A stretch of 64,000 bases of DNA from Candidatus Woesearchaeota archaeon. Lineage in GTDB: Archaea; Nanobdellota; Nanobdellia; Woesearchaeales; B29-G15. The notes below the pieces were generated by a model. That model was not told the origin of the DNA. It saw only the letters and a program-made list of their open reading frames with translations, and ran no database searches. The DNA lies in NCBI GenBank assembly GCA_017610005.1, contig JAFCCU010000001.1:80371-144370 (forward strand), given 5' to 3'. A program made the translations under genes and the position numbers. Positions 10,316 to 19,202 of the stretch are shown in pieces (the stretch's first letter is position 1; each line of letters begins with the position of its first letter).

Positions 10316-11629
10316 ATGAGTGATTCAGTAAGGGAGAAGTTGGATGACATTGTAAGGGCCCCAATTAGAAAAGGTTGGAGAAGTCATCCTTGTACTACTA
10401 GCTCGTGGGATGTTACAAAAGGTGGGAGAAAAGTTTATTCTTATAAGGCTGATACTTATACTGTAAGGGGAGAAGAGACAATTCCCGCAGGAGATCATTT
10501 TTTCGATTATAACATTAGTGTTCTAGAAGGCGCAGTATTAACAATTGATCCTGGCGCAAGGCTTTTTTTCGCATCTTTATGTGGGATACAAGTAGTTGAT
10601 GGGAAGCTTGTTAGTAGGGGTGAAAAGAATAATAAGGTCAAAATATATCGAATGAGGGGATCACTAAATGGTTCTGCAATAAAGTTTTTTGGAGAAAAAG
10701 AAACTTCTTTATTAAGACATACTGAGATTCATGGAGAAGAAATATCATTTGGGCCGGAAAATAACCTTGATCATATTTTGGAATATTCTCCTGAATTAAT
10801 CAAATTGAATGTTGCGCATGTAGACCTAGAAGAAACCACTCTATTTATGGGAGAGTATTGTAATGAAGCAATAAATTTAACCACAAGATCTGTTCTAAAA
10901 ATGAAAGGAGGAGGAATAGTAGGAGGCAAGACTCCACTTGGAGCTACAGTAAGAGGAATATCTGGTATTGGGTCAAGGTTACTAATTGATGGGGCGTCAT
11001 TTAAAGATATTAATGGAGATGTATTTGCAAATCTAATTGATTGTTCAACTACAGTAAGATCAAGCACATTTGAAAATTTAAGAGGAAATCTTTGGGGAGG
11101 AGTATTTCATGTAGGAAAGGGCACACTCACAGTTACTGATTCAACATTTGTTAAGGATGGATCTAATAGTATGGGGGGAGTTTATTATTTAGCTGGAGGA
11201 ACAATAAGATCAAGAGGGAATACTTATGAGGAGTGTTTTTCTAAACAAGGGGGAGTAATTTATGTTTTAAATGGGTCTGCATACTTTGGAGAGGACGATT
11301 TTCTTTCAAGTCGGGGAGAAAATGGAGGGGTTGTTTATGTATCGTATACTTCAAAAGAGCTTGATGGGGGAAGAGTAGAATTAATTTCTTGCAATGGAAA
11401 TAATAATCATGCAAAAATGGGAGCCATAGGGTATTTAGAAGGTGGCGGATTAATTGTTAAACAGGGGAAATATAGATGGAACTTAGCTAGTGAAGCAGGA
11501 AATTTAGCTTATTGGAGAGACCCAGCCTTTGTTGCTTTTGAAGATGTTAATTATTTGACTATCTCCCCAAATAATTTTGCCCACAGAAGAGGTTTTATTG
11601 GACCCATAGAAAAGAGGAGGAAAATTTGA
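10316..11629 (+). CDS. leader-array member 7: beta-helix protein
   Basis: MSDSVREKLDDIVRAP; GGVF/GGVY/GGVI/GGVV repeats; close paralog of 11652-12977. Confidence 0.85.
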   Translation: MSDSVREKLDDIVRAPIRKGWRSHPCTTSSWDVTKGGRKVYSYKADTYTVRGEETIPAGDHFFDYNISVLEGAVLTIDPGARLFFASLCGIQVVDGKLVSRGEKNNKVKIYRMRGSLNGSAIKFFGEKETSLLRHTEIHGEEISFGPENNLDHILEYSPELIKLNVAHVDLEETTLFMGEYCNEAINLTTRSVLKMKGGGIVGGKTPLGATVRGISGIGSRLLIDGASFKDINGDVFANLIDCSTTVRSSTFENLRGNLWGGVFHVGKGTLTVTDSTFVKDGSNSMGGVYYLAGGTIRSRGNTYEECFSKQGGVIYVLNGSAYFGEDDFLSSRGENGGVVYVSYTSKELDGGRVELISCNGNNNHAKMGAIGYLEGGGLIVKQGKYRWNLASEAGNLAYWRDPAFVAFEDVNYLTISPNNFAHRRGFIGPIEKRRKI

Positions 11630-11651
11630 CAATGAAAAGGAGGCATAACCA

Positions 11652-12977
11652 ATGAGTGATTCAGTAAGAAAACAACTGGATGATTTATTAAGAGAACCAG
11701 TTGGAAAAGATTGGAGAAGTCATGATAGCGCATTAAACACTTGGTCTCTTAAAAAAGGAGAAGAAGAATTTTTCTCGTGGCAAGCAAAAACCTACACAGT
11801 GAGAGGAAATGAAACAATTCCCGCAGGAGATCATTTTTTCGATTATAACATTAGTGTCCTAGAAGGCGCAGTATTAACAATTGATCCTGGAGCCAGAATT
11901 TTTTTCGCATCACTTTGTGGGATTGAAGTAAATAATGGAAAAATTGTTTCTAATGGAGAAGAAGATAATCCTGTTGAAATATACAGGATGCAAGGATCTA
12001 GACAAGGATCCTCAATCAAATTTTTTGGAAATCAGGAAACTTCTGTGTTGAGACATACTGAGATTCATGGTGAAGAGATTTCATTTGGCCCTGTAGATGA
12101 GCTTGAACATATAGTAGAGCATACTCCCCCTTTAGTTAAACTTAATGAGGCTCATGTGATATTTGAAGATTCAACTATTTTTTTAGGACAGTATTGTAGC
12201 AAGGGAATTGACTTCAGACAAGATTCTCATTTGGCTATCAAGGGAGGAGGGATAGTAGGAGGGCCAGCCCCCATAGGAGTTAATTTGATTGGAATGGCTG
12301 GAAAAGATTCTAGGCTTCAAATTGAAAGGGCATTATTTAGAGATCTTAAAGGGCAAGGGTTAGCAAGTTTGACTAACTGCACTTCTGAAGTAAAATCTAG
12401 CACTTTTAGGGATATTATTGCAAATTCATTAGGGAGAGGGTTCACCATAGGGCCTGGAACTCTCACAGCTACAGGTAACACCTTTCTTAGAGTTAGTTCT
12501 GATGACTATGGAGGGGTTTTTTATGTTTCAGATGGCAAATTAAAATCAAGAGGAAATAGGTATGAACAATGTTCTTCTAAAGAAGGGGGAGTGGTTTATG
12601 TTTCTAAAAATGGACATGCTTTCTTTGAAGAAGATGATTTTATTAAAAATCAAAGTGAATCTGGAGGCGTAGTTTACATTGGCTTTACTCCAAAAGAAAA
12701 ATTTGATGAGAGGGGCCATGCAAGATTAATTTCATGTACTGGAAGAGGCAATAATGCAACAAATGGAGGAATTGCATACTTGTTAAGTGGAGGATTAATT
12801 GTTGAAGGAGGAAAATACCGAGAAAATAAATCTAAGGAATCTGGAAATTTAGTGTTTTGGCAAGGGGATTGGACCCCTGTTTCGTTTAAAGATGTAAACT
12901 ATTTGGCAATTTCCTCAAATAATTTTGCACATAGAAAAGATTTTTTTGGAGCAATAGAAAAGAAGAGGAAAATTTGA
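11652..12977 (+). CDS. leader-array member 8: beta-helix protein
   Basis: MSDSVRKQLDDLLREP; colinear with member 7 through to the C-terminus (FAHRKDFFGAIEKKRKI). Confidence 0.85.
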   Translation: MSDSVRKQLDDLLREPVGKDWRSHDSALNTWSLKKGEEEFFSWQAKTYTVRGNETIPAGDHFFDYNISVLEGAVLTIDPGARIFFASLCGIEVNNGKIVSNGEEDNPVEIYRMQGSRQGSSIKFFGNQETSVLRHTEIHGEEISFGPVDELEHIVEHTPPLVKLNEAHVIFEDSTIFLGQYCSKGIDFRQDSHLAIKGGGIVGGPAPIGVNLIGMAGKDSRLQIERALFRDLKGQGLASLTNCTSEVKSSTFRDIIANSLGRGFTIGPGTLTATGNTFLRVSSDDYGGVFYVSDGKLKSRGNRYEQCSSKEGGVVYVSKNGHAFFEEDDFIKNQSESGGVVYIGFTPKEKFDERGHARLISCTGRGNNATNGGIAYLLSGGLIVEGGKYRENKSKESGNLVFWQGDWTPVSFKDVNYLAISSNNFAHRKDFFGAIEKKRKI

Positions 12978-12999
12978 CAATGAAAATGAGGAATAACCG

Positions 13000-14223
13000 A
13001 TGAGTAATTCAGTAAGAAAAACACTGGATGATCTATTAAGAGAACCAGTTAGAAATGATTGGAGGAGTCATGACCTAATCATACAAACATGGTCATTTAC
13101 TGAGCAGGTTTCAATAGATTCACAGATAGAACATACCCTTGATTTACCCACTTATGTTGTCACAGGTAATGAAACAATTCCTGCAGGAGATCATCCAATA
13201 GACTATAATATTGTAGTAGCAAGTTCAGGAAAATTAACAATTGAAGATGGAGCCAAGTTATTTTTTGATGATATGTTTAGTTTAACTTCAGATGGTGAAG
13301 TTCAAGTTTTAAGCTCTCCGGAAAGAAGAGTATTGTTTGCCCCGATGAAGGGTGTTAAGAACTTCAAGGGGGTTTGGTTAAATGGGCGCCAAAGAAAATA
13401 CCTCTTGCAGCATGTTGATTTTACTGATGATACTAGGTTTAGCCCATATACCGCAAAGAATGTTAGGAACTTTCAAATGCCTCAAAGGTTACTCCATATA
13501 GAAGATGCTGAAGTGGATTTAAGAGATGTGACATTTACGCTTGGAAGATTTTCGCAAGATGCATTAGCCATGTTTAATGCCACAGTAAATCTCTATGATC
13601 CTAAATTTTTCACAAAAGGTGAGGCATTAAAATGGATGACTAAAAATGGGGAAATGGAGGGACACGGGGGAATTTATGGACATGATTCAAAAGTTTTAGT
13701 AGAAAGAGGCTTATTTGATGGATGCGTTGGGCGAATTGGAGGAGCATTGAGGCTTGATGATTGTGATACTACCCTTAAAAATACTAAATTGATTAATAGT
13801 AGAAGTAGGCTTTGGGGTGGCGGTTTAAGTGCATCTGGGGGTTCATTAAATCTATTGGGATGCGAGTTATTGGATAATGAAGGAGCTATGATGGGAGGGG
13901 CGGTATCTGCTGAGAATTTAAGAATATTAGTAGAGGGAGGAGTTTATAGAAGAAATCATTCAGAGTTTGATGGAGGTGCATTTTGCCTTAGAAATGTAAA
14001 TGGAAAAATTGTAAAAGTAAGGGTTGAGAGAAATGGATCCTATCATGGTGCAGGGTATTTCTTAGATGATTGTAATCTTGTTTTTGAAGGGGGAGATATA
14101 GAATATAATGAAGGTCATTTTGGTGCAGGGATATATTGGGAGGGGAAAAAACCAAAAATTAGAGGAACAAAAGTTAGAAGTAATATTCCAAAAGAAGATC
14201 AGATTTATTGTGGGGATGTTTAA
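13000..14223 (+). CDS. leader-array member 9: beta-helix protein
   Basis: MSNSVRKTLDDLLREP; GGIY/GGAL/GGGL/GGAV/GGAF repeats; shares 'APMxGVxNFxG' with member 1. Confidence 0.85.
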   Translation: MSNSVRKTLDDLLREPVRNDWRSHDLIIQTWSFTEQVSIDSQIEHTLDLPTYVVTGNETIPAGDHPIDYNIVVASSGKLTIEDGAKLFFDDMFSLTSDGEVQVLSSPERRVLFAPMKGVKNFKGVWLNGRQRKYLLQHVDFTDDTRFSPYTAKNVRNFQMPQRLLHIEDAEVDLRDVTFTLGRFSQDALAMFNATVNLYDPKFFTKGEALKWMTKNGEMEGHGGIYGHDSKVLVERGLFDGCVGRIGGALRLDDCDTTLKNTKLINSRSRLWGGGLSASGGSLNLLGCELLDNEGAMMGGAVSAENLRILVEGGVYRRNHSEFDGGAFCLRNVNGKIVKVRVERNGSYHGAGYFLDDCNLVFEGGDIEYNEGHFGAGIYWEGKKPKIRGTKVRSNIPKEDQIYCGDV

Positions 14224-14226
14224 AAA

Positions 14227-15591
14227 ATGATAGATGATCAAGTAAGAACAAAAATGGATGATTTATTGAGAATTCCAAAAAAACCATGGTGGAAATACCT
14301 AGGATTTTATGCAGGTATTCCTGCAGTTATTCTTGTTGCAGTTTCTGCCTGGTATTTTACAAGACCAGAAGAACCTGTTGTTCAAGATCCAGTTGTTATA
14401 ACTGCCCCTACTGAAGAAGCACCCCCTATAGATACATTGATTGGTCCAATTGCCACCCCTCAATTTAGCCCAATCGAATCTGGATATAGGGAGTTACTTT
14501 TATTATTTGAACAAGAGCATTATGATCTTATTAGGGAAAGCGGTCCGGAATTATTAGAATTGGCAAGAGATGAAGGCTCAGAGCTTTTAGGAAACATTGA
14601 AAAATTACTTTCAAATGCAAATTTAGAGTATTATCTTGTAGAAATTGAAAAGAGATCACAAAATCAATATACCTTACTTGGGATACAATCCCTTGATGTT
14701 ATTATTGGAGAAATCGATGAAAAAGCAGGCCTTCAGGATGCACTTTTAGAAGCTTACAGGGCAAAGTATGACCTAATTAAAGATTCATTATCTCAAGGTT
14801 ATATCGCTCTCACCAAGAGCCAGTTAGAGGGAATCTTGGAAGATGCTGCATATCTAAGGCAAAGGATTGGTGGGCCAGAGATTAGGTCTCTCCTAGGCGA
14901 AATACAGATAACTTATGACCATCAAATTTTACTTCCTGAACTTGAGGGAGAATTGTACGCCATTACTAAAAAATCTAATCCCGGTTACACAGATTTATCC
15001 TCTGCTCAAATTATCCTTGATTCACTAAAAGCAATTGATGACAATTCAACCTCTCGCTCATCAAGAGAGGCCATATCTGATGTTGAAGATTTTATTGAAA
15101 CATTTTCTCCAACTGTAGAAGTTAGAAATCTTTATTTAACACTGGCCTCCCAAGTATCAAACAGCAATTTTAGTGAAGCAGAAACCACTTATCAACAACT
15201 CTTAACAATCGCCAATTTAAATCCTTCAAGATCTATGGGGAATCTCATGGAAGGAATAGATTCTTATTATATTGAGAATTTAAAAATTCCAGAATTTAAA
15301 AGAAGACTTGAAGAATTATCCACTTCTGGACAAATGTTTTTAGATTCATTATTTTTAAATTGGGTTGGATCTAATGTGACTCCTGTTGCAGGGCCAGGAC
15401 TTAGAATATTATTTGTTGAAATAGATGAATTAAATGAGAAATATTCAGATCCAAGACTTCAAGATTTAAGTAAACAAACTCTTGATCAGATAGGTAGAGA
15501 TCAAATATCATTGATTGGATCGGTAGGAGTAATGTTGGGGTATGCTGTTTTAGGGGTCATGGTGGTAGGAAGTATTGTTAATGATTATTAG
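14227..15591 (+). CDS. leader-array member 10: membrane protein with alpha-helical repeats, N- and C-terminal TM segments
   Basis: MIDDQVRTKMDDLLRIP; TM 'LGFYAGIPAVILVAVSAWYF'; Pro-rich linker; C-terminal 'LIGSVGVMLGYAVLGVMVVGSIV'. Confidence 0.8.
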   Translation: MIDDQVRTKMDDLLRIPKKPWWKYLGFYAGIPAVILVAVSAWYFTRPEEPVVQDPVVITAPTEEAPPIDTLIGPIATPQFSPIESGYRELLLLFEQEHYDLIRESGPELLELARDEGSELLGNIEKLLSNANLEYYLVEIEKRSQNQYTLLGIQSLDVIIGEIDEKAGLQDALLEAYRAKYDLIKDSLSQGYIALTKSQLEGILEDAAYLRQRIGGPEIRSLLGEIQITYDHQILLPELEGELYAITKKSNPGYTDLSSAQIILDSLKAIDDNSTSRSSREAISDVEDFIETFSPTVEVRNLYLTLASQVSNSNFSEAETTYQQLLTIANLNPSRSMGNLMEGIDSYYIENLKIPEFKRRLEELSTSGQMFLDSLFLNWVGSNVTPVAGPGLRILFVEIDELNEKYSDPRLQDLSKQTLDQIGRDQISLIGSVGVMLGYAVLGVMVVGSIVNDY

Positions 15592-15603
15592 AATTTATGT
15601 TTC

Positions 15604-15798
15604 CTTTAATCTGCCACACATCACAGTCAACAACAATCCTTTCTTCCTTATGATGCTTCATGGTTCTAACAAGTTTCATTTTAAACTCTTCAACACTATT
15701 CAACCTTAAACCTAGAATCTTGTGAAAATTCGCTAATAAACTTCTTACTTGTAATTTTATGTATACTATATTATAGTAGATATAGAAAACGACTTTTC
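15604..15798 (-). pseudogene. displaced duplicate 3' fragment of the METTL5-like methyltransferase gene
   Basis: Aligns with 16625-16819 at about 1020 bp offset; reads TMKHHKEERIVVDCDVWQIK versus TMKHHKKGRVIVDCGVWRIK; contains small indels. Confidence 0.85.
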
Positions 15799-15849
15799 TT
15801 AAATTAATCGCTCATGATTCCGAACTCATTTTCCAACATAAATTAGAAA

Positions 15850-16580
15850 TCACTCAGGCACAACCACTTGCTCCCAAAGCACCTTAAAAAATTCTTTATA
15901 TGTTTGTGCAGCAATTTCACTTTTTATTTGAATAATGAGCGCTGTTTTGTGCCAGAAAGTTAAGATTATTTCATCTCCACAAATTGAAGTAGTCATATTT
16001 GGAGAAAATTTTCCTGGAATATATCCTGCGCTAGTATAATCCATTTTGTTTAGCATTTTAATTCTAGCAGTATTATCCTTAGTGTAAATATGAAGCATCT
16101 TTACTTTGGCTTCAATTCTCTTTTTATGCCATTTTGGAATTTCATACTTTAAAAATGCTGGATTATTTGCAGGAGGACCACCAAAAACATAAATTGGATC
16201 TTTTTTCTTAAGCCACCCAGAATTAATATTCATAAATGCTCTTGTCCCTTCGTAAACATGAGTATGCCCTTGTTTTTCAGCCATCCCAGATAAAACCTCC
16301 ATTTCAGGAAGTATTCTAGCTATTTTTCCTCTTTCTCTTTAACATACCTTAAGATATCTTTAGGGGGCGCCGCTTCATAATACTTTGTTTGATCTCTTTC
16401 AATATAATTTACAAGTCCTTTTTCAACAAGTCTTTGTAGTGAGTCGTAAGTATTAGTTCTATGAACATGACTTTTTTTTGCAATTTCTCCTGCAGTTGAA
16501 ATTCCTGCCTCAAGTAATGCCAGATAAAGTTTGCTTTCATTTGCAGAAAGACCAATTTCAGTAAGGATTGTTTCATCCAT
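15850..16580 (-). pseudogene. TrmB-family regulator split by a 1-nt frameshift (pseudogene or sequencing error)
   Basis: 16320-16580 is the wHTH and 15850-16302 the C-terminal domain; one more A in the A5 run near 16323-16327 gives KEKEEKIARILPEMEV, colinear with paralog 1235-1957. Confidence 0.85.
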
Positions 16581-16606
16581 ATTATGTTTTACGGACTAGT
16601 AACTTA

Positions 16607-17218
16607 TTAATTTTTCGCAATTGGCTTTATCCGCCACACACCACAATCAACAATTACTCGTCCTTTCTTGTGATGCTTCATGGTTCTAACAAGTTTCATT
16701 TTAAATTCTTCAACACTTTCAACCTTAAACCCAGAATCCGTTGCAAATTCGCTAATGAATTTCTTACTTGTAATTTTATGTATACTATATATTATTGTAG
16801 ATATAGAAAACGCTTTTTCCAAAAATAGTCTATCATGGTGTTTGACTTTGGTCCCAAAAGGAGGATTCATTAAGACAGTATCAACTTTTTTGGAAAAATC
16901 TTTGACATTACTTAACACAAGTTCTCCCTTAACTCCAACACCCCCCATATTCTCTTTAGTAATTTTTAGAGCAGAATCATCAACATCAACAAAATACACT
17001 TTCTTAGCACCAAGTAGCGCTGCTCCAATTCCAAATACTCCAGGCCCACATCCTAAATCTGCAACTGTTTTTCCTTCAATATCTCCTTGCATGTAAGAGG
17101 ACCATAAAACTTGCGCTGCAATTTCTGGATCAGTAGAATATTGTTCAAGTACAACTTTGGGATTATCAAACTGTTTAAGTTTTGATAATACTATTGCAAG
17201 CTCTGATTTTGAAGGCAT
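16607..17218 (-). CDS. METTL5-like SAM-dependent methyltransferase
   Basis: 'LEQYSTDPEIAA', 'VADLGCGPG' and 'MNPPFG' motifs; likely start MPSKSEL at 17218. Confidence 0.9.
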   Translation of the reverse strand: MPSKSELAIVLSKLKQFDNPKVVLEQYSTDPEIAAQVLWSSYMQGDIEGKTVADLGCGPGVFGIGAALLGAKKVYFVDVDDSALKITKENMGGVGVKGELVLSNVKDFSKKVDTVLMNPPFGTKVKHHDRLFLEKAFSISTIIYSIHKITSKKFISEFATDSGFKVESVEEFKMKLVRTMKHHKKGRVIVDCGVWRIKPIAKN

Positions 17219-17292
17219 ATTATTAATAATATAATTGGTATTAATAAACATTAGCCTAAAATAATATAAACTAATTGACAAAGAATATTGTA

Positions 17293-18009
17293 ATGATTGG
17301 TGAAATTGGATTTATTCTTTTGGCAATGTTTTCAAGTTTAGTTTCTTCAACAGTGGGCTTTGGGGGGGCAATGTTTCTTATTCCCTTATCCACATTTTTT
17401 ATTCCAATTAAAAATGCAATAGCAATTTCAACATTATTCTTCTTAGCAGACTCTTGTGTTAAAGTAATAATTTACAGAAAAAAAATTGATTGGAAAATAA
17501 CTGGATGGATGTTACTTGGGGGCTTACCTTTCTTACTATTAGGCGCATTTTTAATGGTTGTTGCTCCTGAGCTTTTATTAAGAAGGCTGCTTGGAGTAGT
17601 AGTTTTAGTTTACGTTATTAATTCAATTTTCAACTTAACAAAAAATGTTAAATTAAAAGGCTGGCTCATAGCATTGATTTCAACTGCTTATGGGTTTTTC
17701 TCTGGAATCATTGGTACGGGAGGAGTAATAAAAGCTGCAATGCTTCATCATGTAGGGTTAAAGAAAGAAAGATTTGTAGGCACATTTGCAGTTTCTGCTT
17801 TTATCTTCTTAACTATTAAAGCAGTAATTTATTCAAGATTCGAGCTTGTAACAAAAGCCCACATCCCCATATTAATCCCATTAATAATAATTGGCGTAAC
17901 TGGCCCATTTGTAGGGCGAAGGATATTAAGAAAAGTTAAAGGTAAAACCTTTAAAAAAGCAATTCTAATTATGCTTGCTCTAGTTGCAATTAATTTAATC
18001 TTCTTTTAA
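17293..18009 (+). CDS. TauE/SafE-family membrane transporter
   Basis: Two 'GFGG/GTGG' repeats and about 8 TM helices. Confidence 0.85.
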   Translation: MIGEIGFILLAMFSSLVSSTVGFGGAMFLIPLSTFFIPIKNAIAISTLFFLADSCVKVIIYRKKIDWKITGWMLLGGLPFLLLGAFLMVVAPELLLRRLLGVVVLVYVINSIFNLTKNVKLKGWLIALISTAYGFFSGIIGTGGVIKAAMLHHVGLKKERFVGTFAVSAFIFLTIKAVIYSRFELVTKAHIPILIPLIIIGVTGPFVGRRILRKVKGKTFKKAILIMLALVAINLIFF

Positions 18010-18049
18010 CGAAAGGTATTTATACAATCTCAACTTCCATTTTAACAGG

Positions 18050-18577
18050 TTGGCAATTAAAAATCCATTTAAAAGTTCTGTTACAAAAGAAGACTTTGAT
18101 AAGATTAAAGTCGCCTTTAATAAGATTAAAGATCAGATGGATGAGCATTTAGAAGGAATTAATGAAAATACTAATGAAATCCAATCAAATTACGAATATT
18201 TCCACCATTTAGAATCAAAGCTTGACAAATTAACTGAAAAAATTGAAACATTAATGTTAAGATTTAATGAACTTGACCCAGGAGACAAAGCAGAAGGTAA
18301 AATTGAATTATCTTACGATGAAAAGAAAGTCTTCTTAGCAATATACAAATATTCAACCACTGAAAAGTTCATCACATATAGTGACATTTCAAAAAAACTA
18401 AATTTGCCTTTATCATTAGTGAGATTTTATGTAACAAACCTAATTGAGAAAGGAGTCCCCATTGTTAAAAAATACCAGCATAGAGAAATTCTAGTTTCAT
18501 TAGACCCTGCATTTAGAGAAGCTCAGACAAAAGAGAACCTTGTAAATATTAACGAGTCAATTACCAGATATATTTAG
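18050..18577 (+). CDS. coiled-coil plus C-terminal winged-HTH protein
   Basis: 'HLEGINENTNEIQSNYEY' coil; 'ITYSDISKKLNLPLSLVRFYVTNLIEKGVPI' HTH. Confidence 0.75.
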   Translation: MAIKNPFKSSVTKEDFDKIKVAFNKIKDQMDEHLEGINENTNEIQSNYEYFHHLESKLDKLTEKIETLMLRFNELDPGDKAEGKIELSYDEKKVFLAIYKYSTTEKFITYSDISKKLNLPLSLVRFYVTNLIEKGVPIVKKYQHREILVSLDPAFREAQTKENLVNINESITRYI

Positions 18578-18614
18578 GGTTAGCTTTATTAATCATTTCT
18601 TATTATTATTCAAC

Positions 18615-19202
18615 ATGGATGAAATAGCTTTTAAGGGAGGTTTAATTGCCCTAGTTGCAGAACAAGTAGGGCTAGCACCAGTCTCTGCTCAAGAAAAAAA
18701 ACTTTCTGAATTATTCCCCTTACCAGAAGCTAAGGAATATTTAGATGGTTCCCTTGTTAACATGGCTGTTCATACATTGGAAGATGGAGAACCTCTAAAT
18801 GTGAGTAAGGCTTATAACCACATTTTTGAAATTACAAAAGGATTTTTAGAAACTGAATTTTATGAGAGGATCGGTAAAGAAGCAAGAGCCGGTTCAGAAT
18901 ATTATATGGGATATGTTATTGGAGGGGGGGAGGAGTCAGAACTTTATTTGGAATTTGGATTAAACGTTCTTCGTCAAAACCCTCTTATCTCATCTACTTT
19001 CTCAAATTTAGTAACCCTTGGATTTGATCCACAATTTGATGATGTTTCCCTTTCTGATTTTGTAAGAATAGTGCATGAAAGGTTTGAATTGCTGTGGGAT
19101 GTGGCTTCAGTTAGACTAAGAGATTTAGGTCTATTAGGAGTGGGTGGTTATTCAGTGAATCGATTAGAGAATGACGATACACCCCTGTATCTTTTTAAAT
19201 GA
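18615..19202 (+). CDS. hypothetical protein (distant paralog of 22299-22730)
   Basis: Long ORF with TATA about 30 nt upstream; N- and C-terminal similarity to 22299-22730. Confidence 0.7.
   Translation: MDEIAFKGGLIALVAEQVGLAPVSAQEKKLSELFPLPEAKEYLDGSLVNMAVHTLEDGEPLNVSKAYNHIFEITKGFLETEFYERIGKEARAGSEYYMGYVIGGGEESELYLEFGLNVLRQNPLISSTFSNLVTLGFDPQFDDVSLSDFVRIVHERFELLWDVASVRLRDLGLLGVGGYSVNRLENDDTPLYLFK

Noticed and set aside
2431-15591. Array as provirus tail-fibre region or diversity-generating retroelement
   Set aside because: No capsid, terminase or portal genes, no reverse transcriptase, and paralog differences are not adenine-specific
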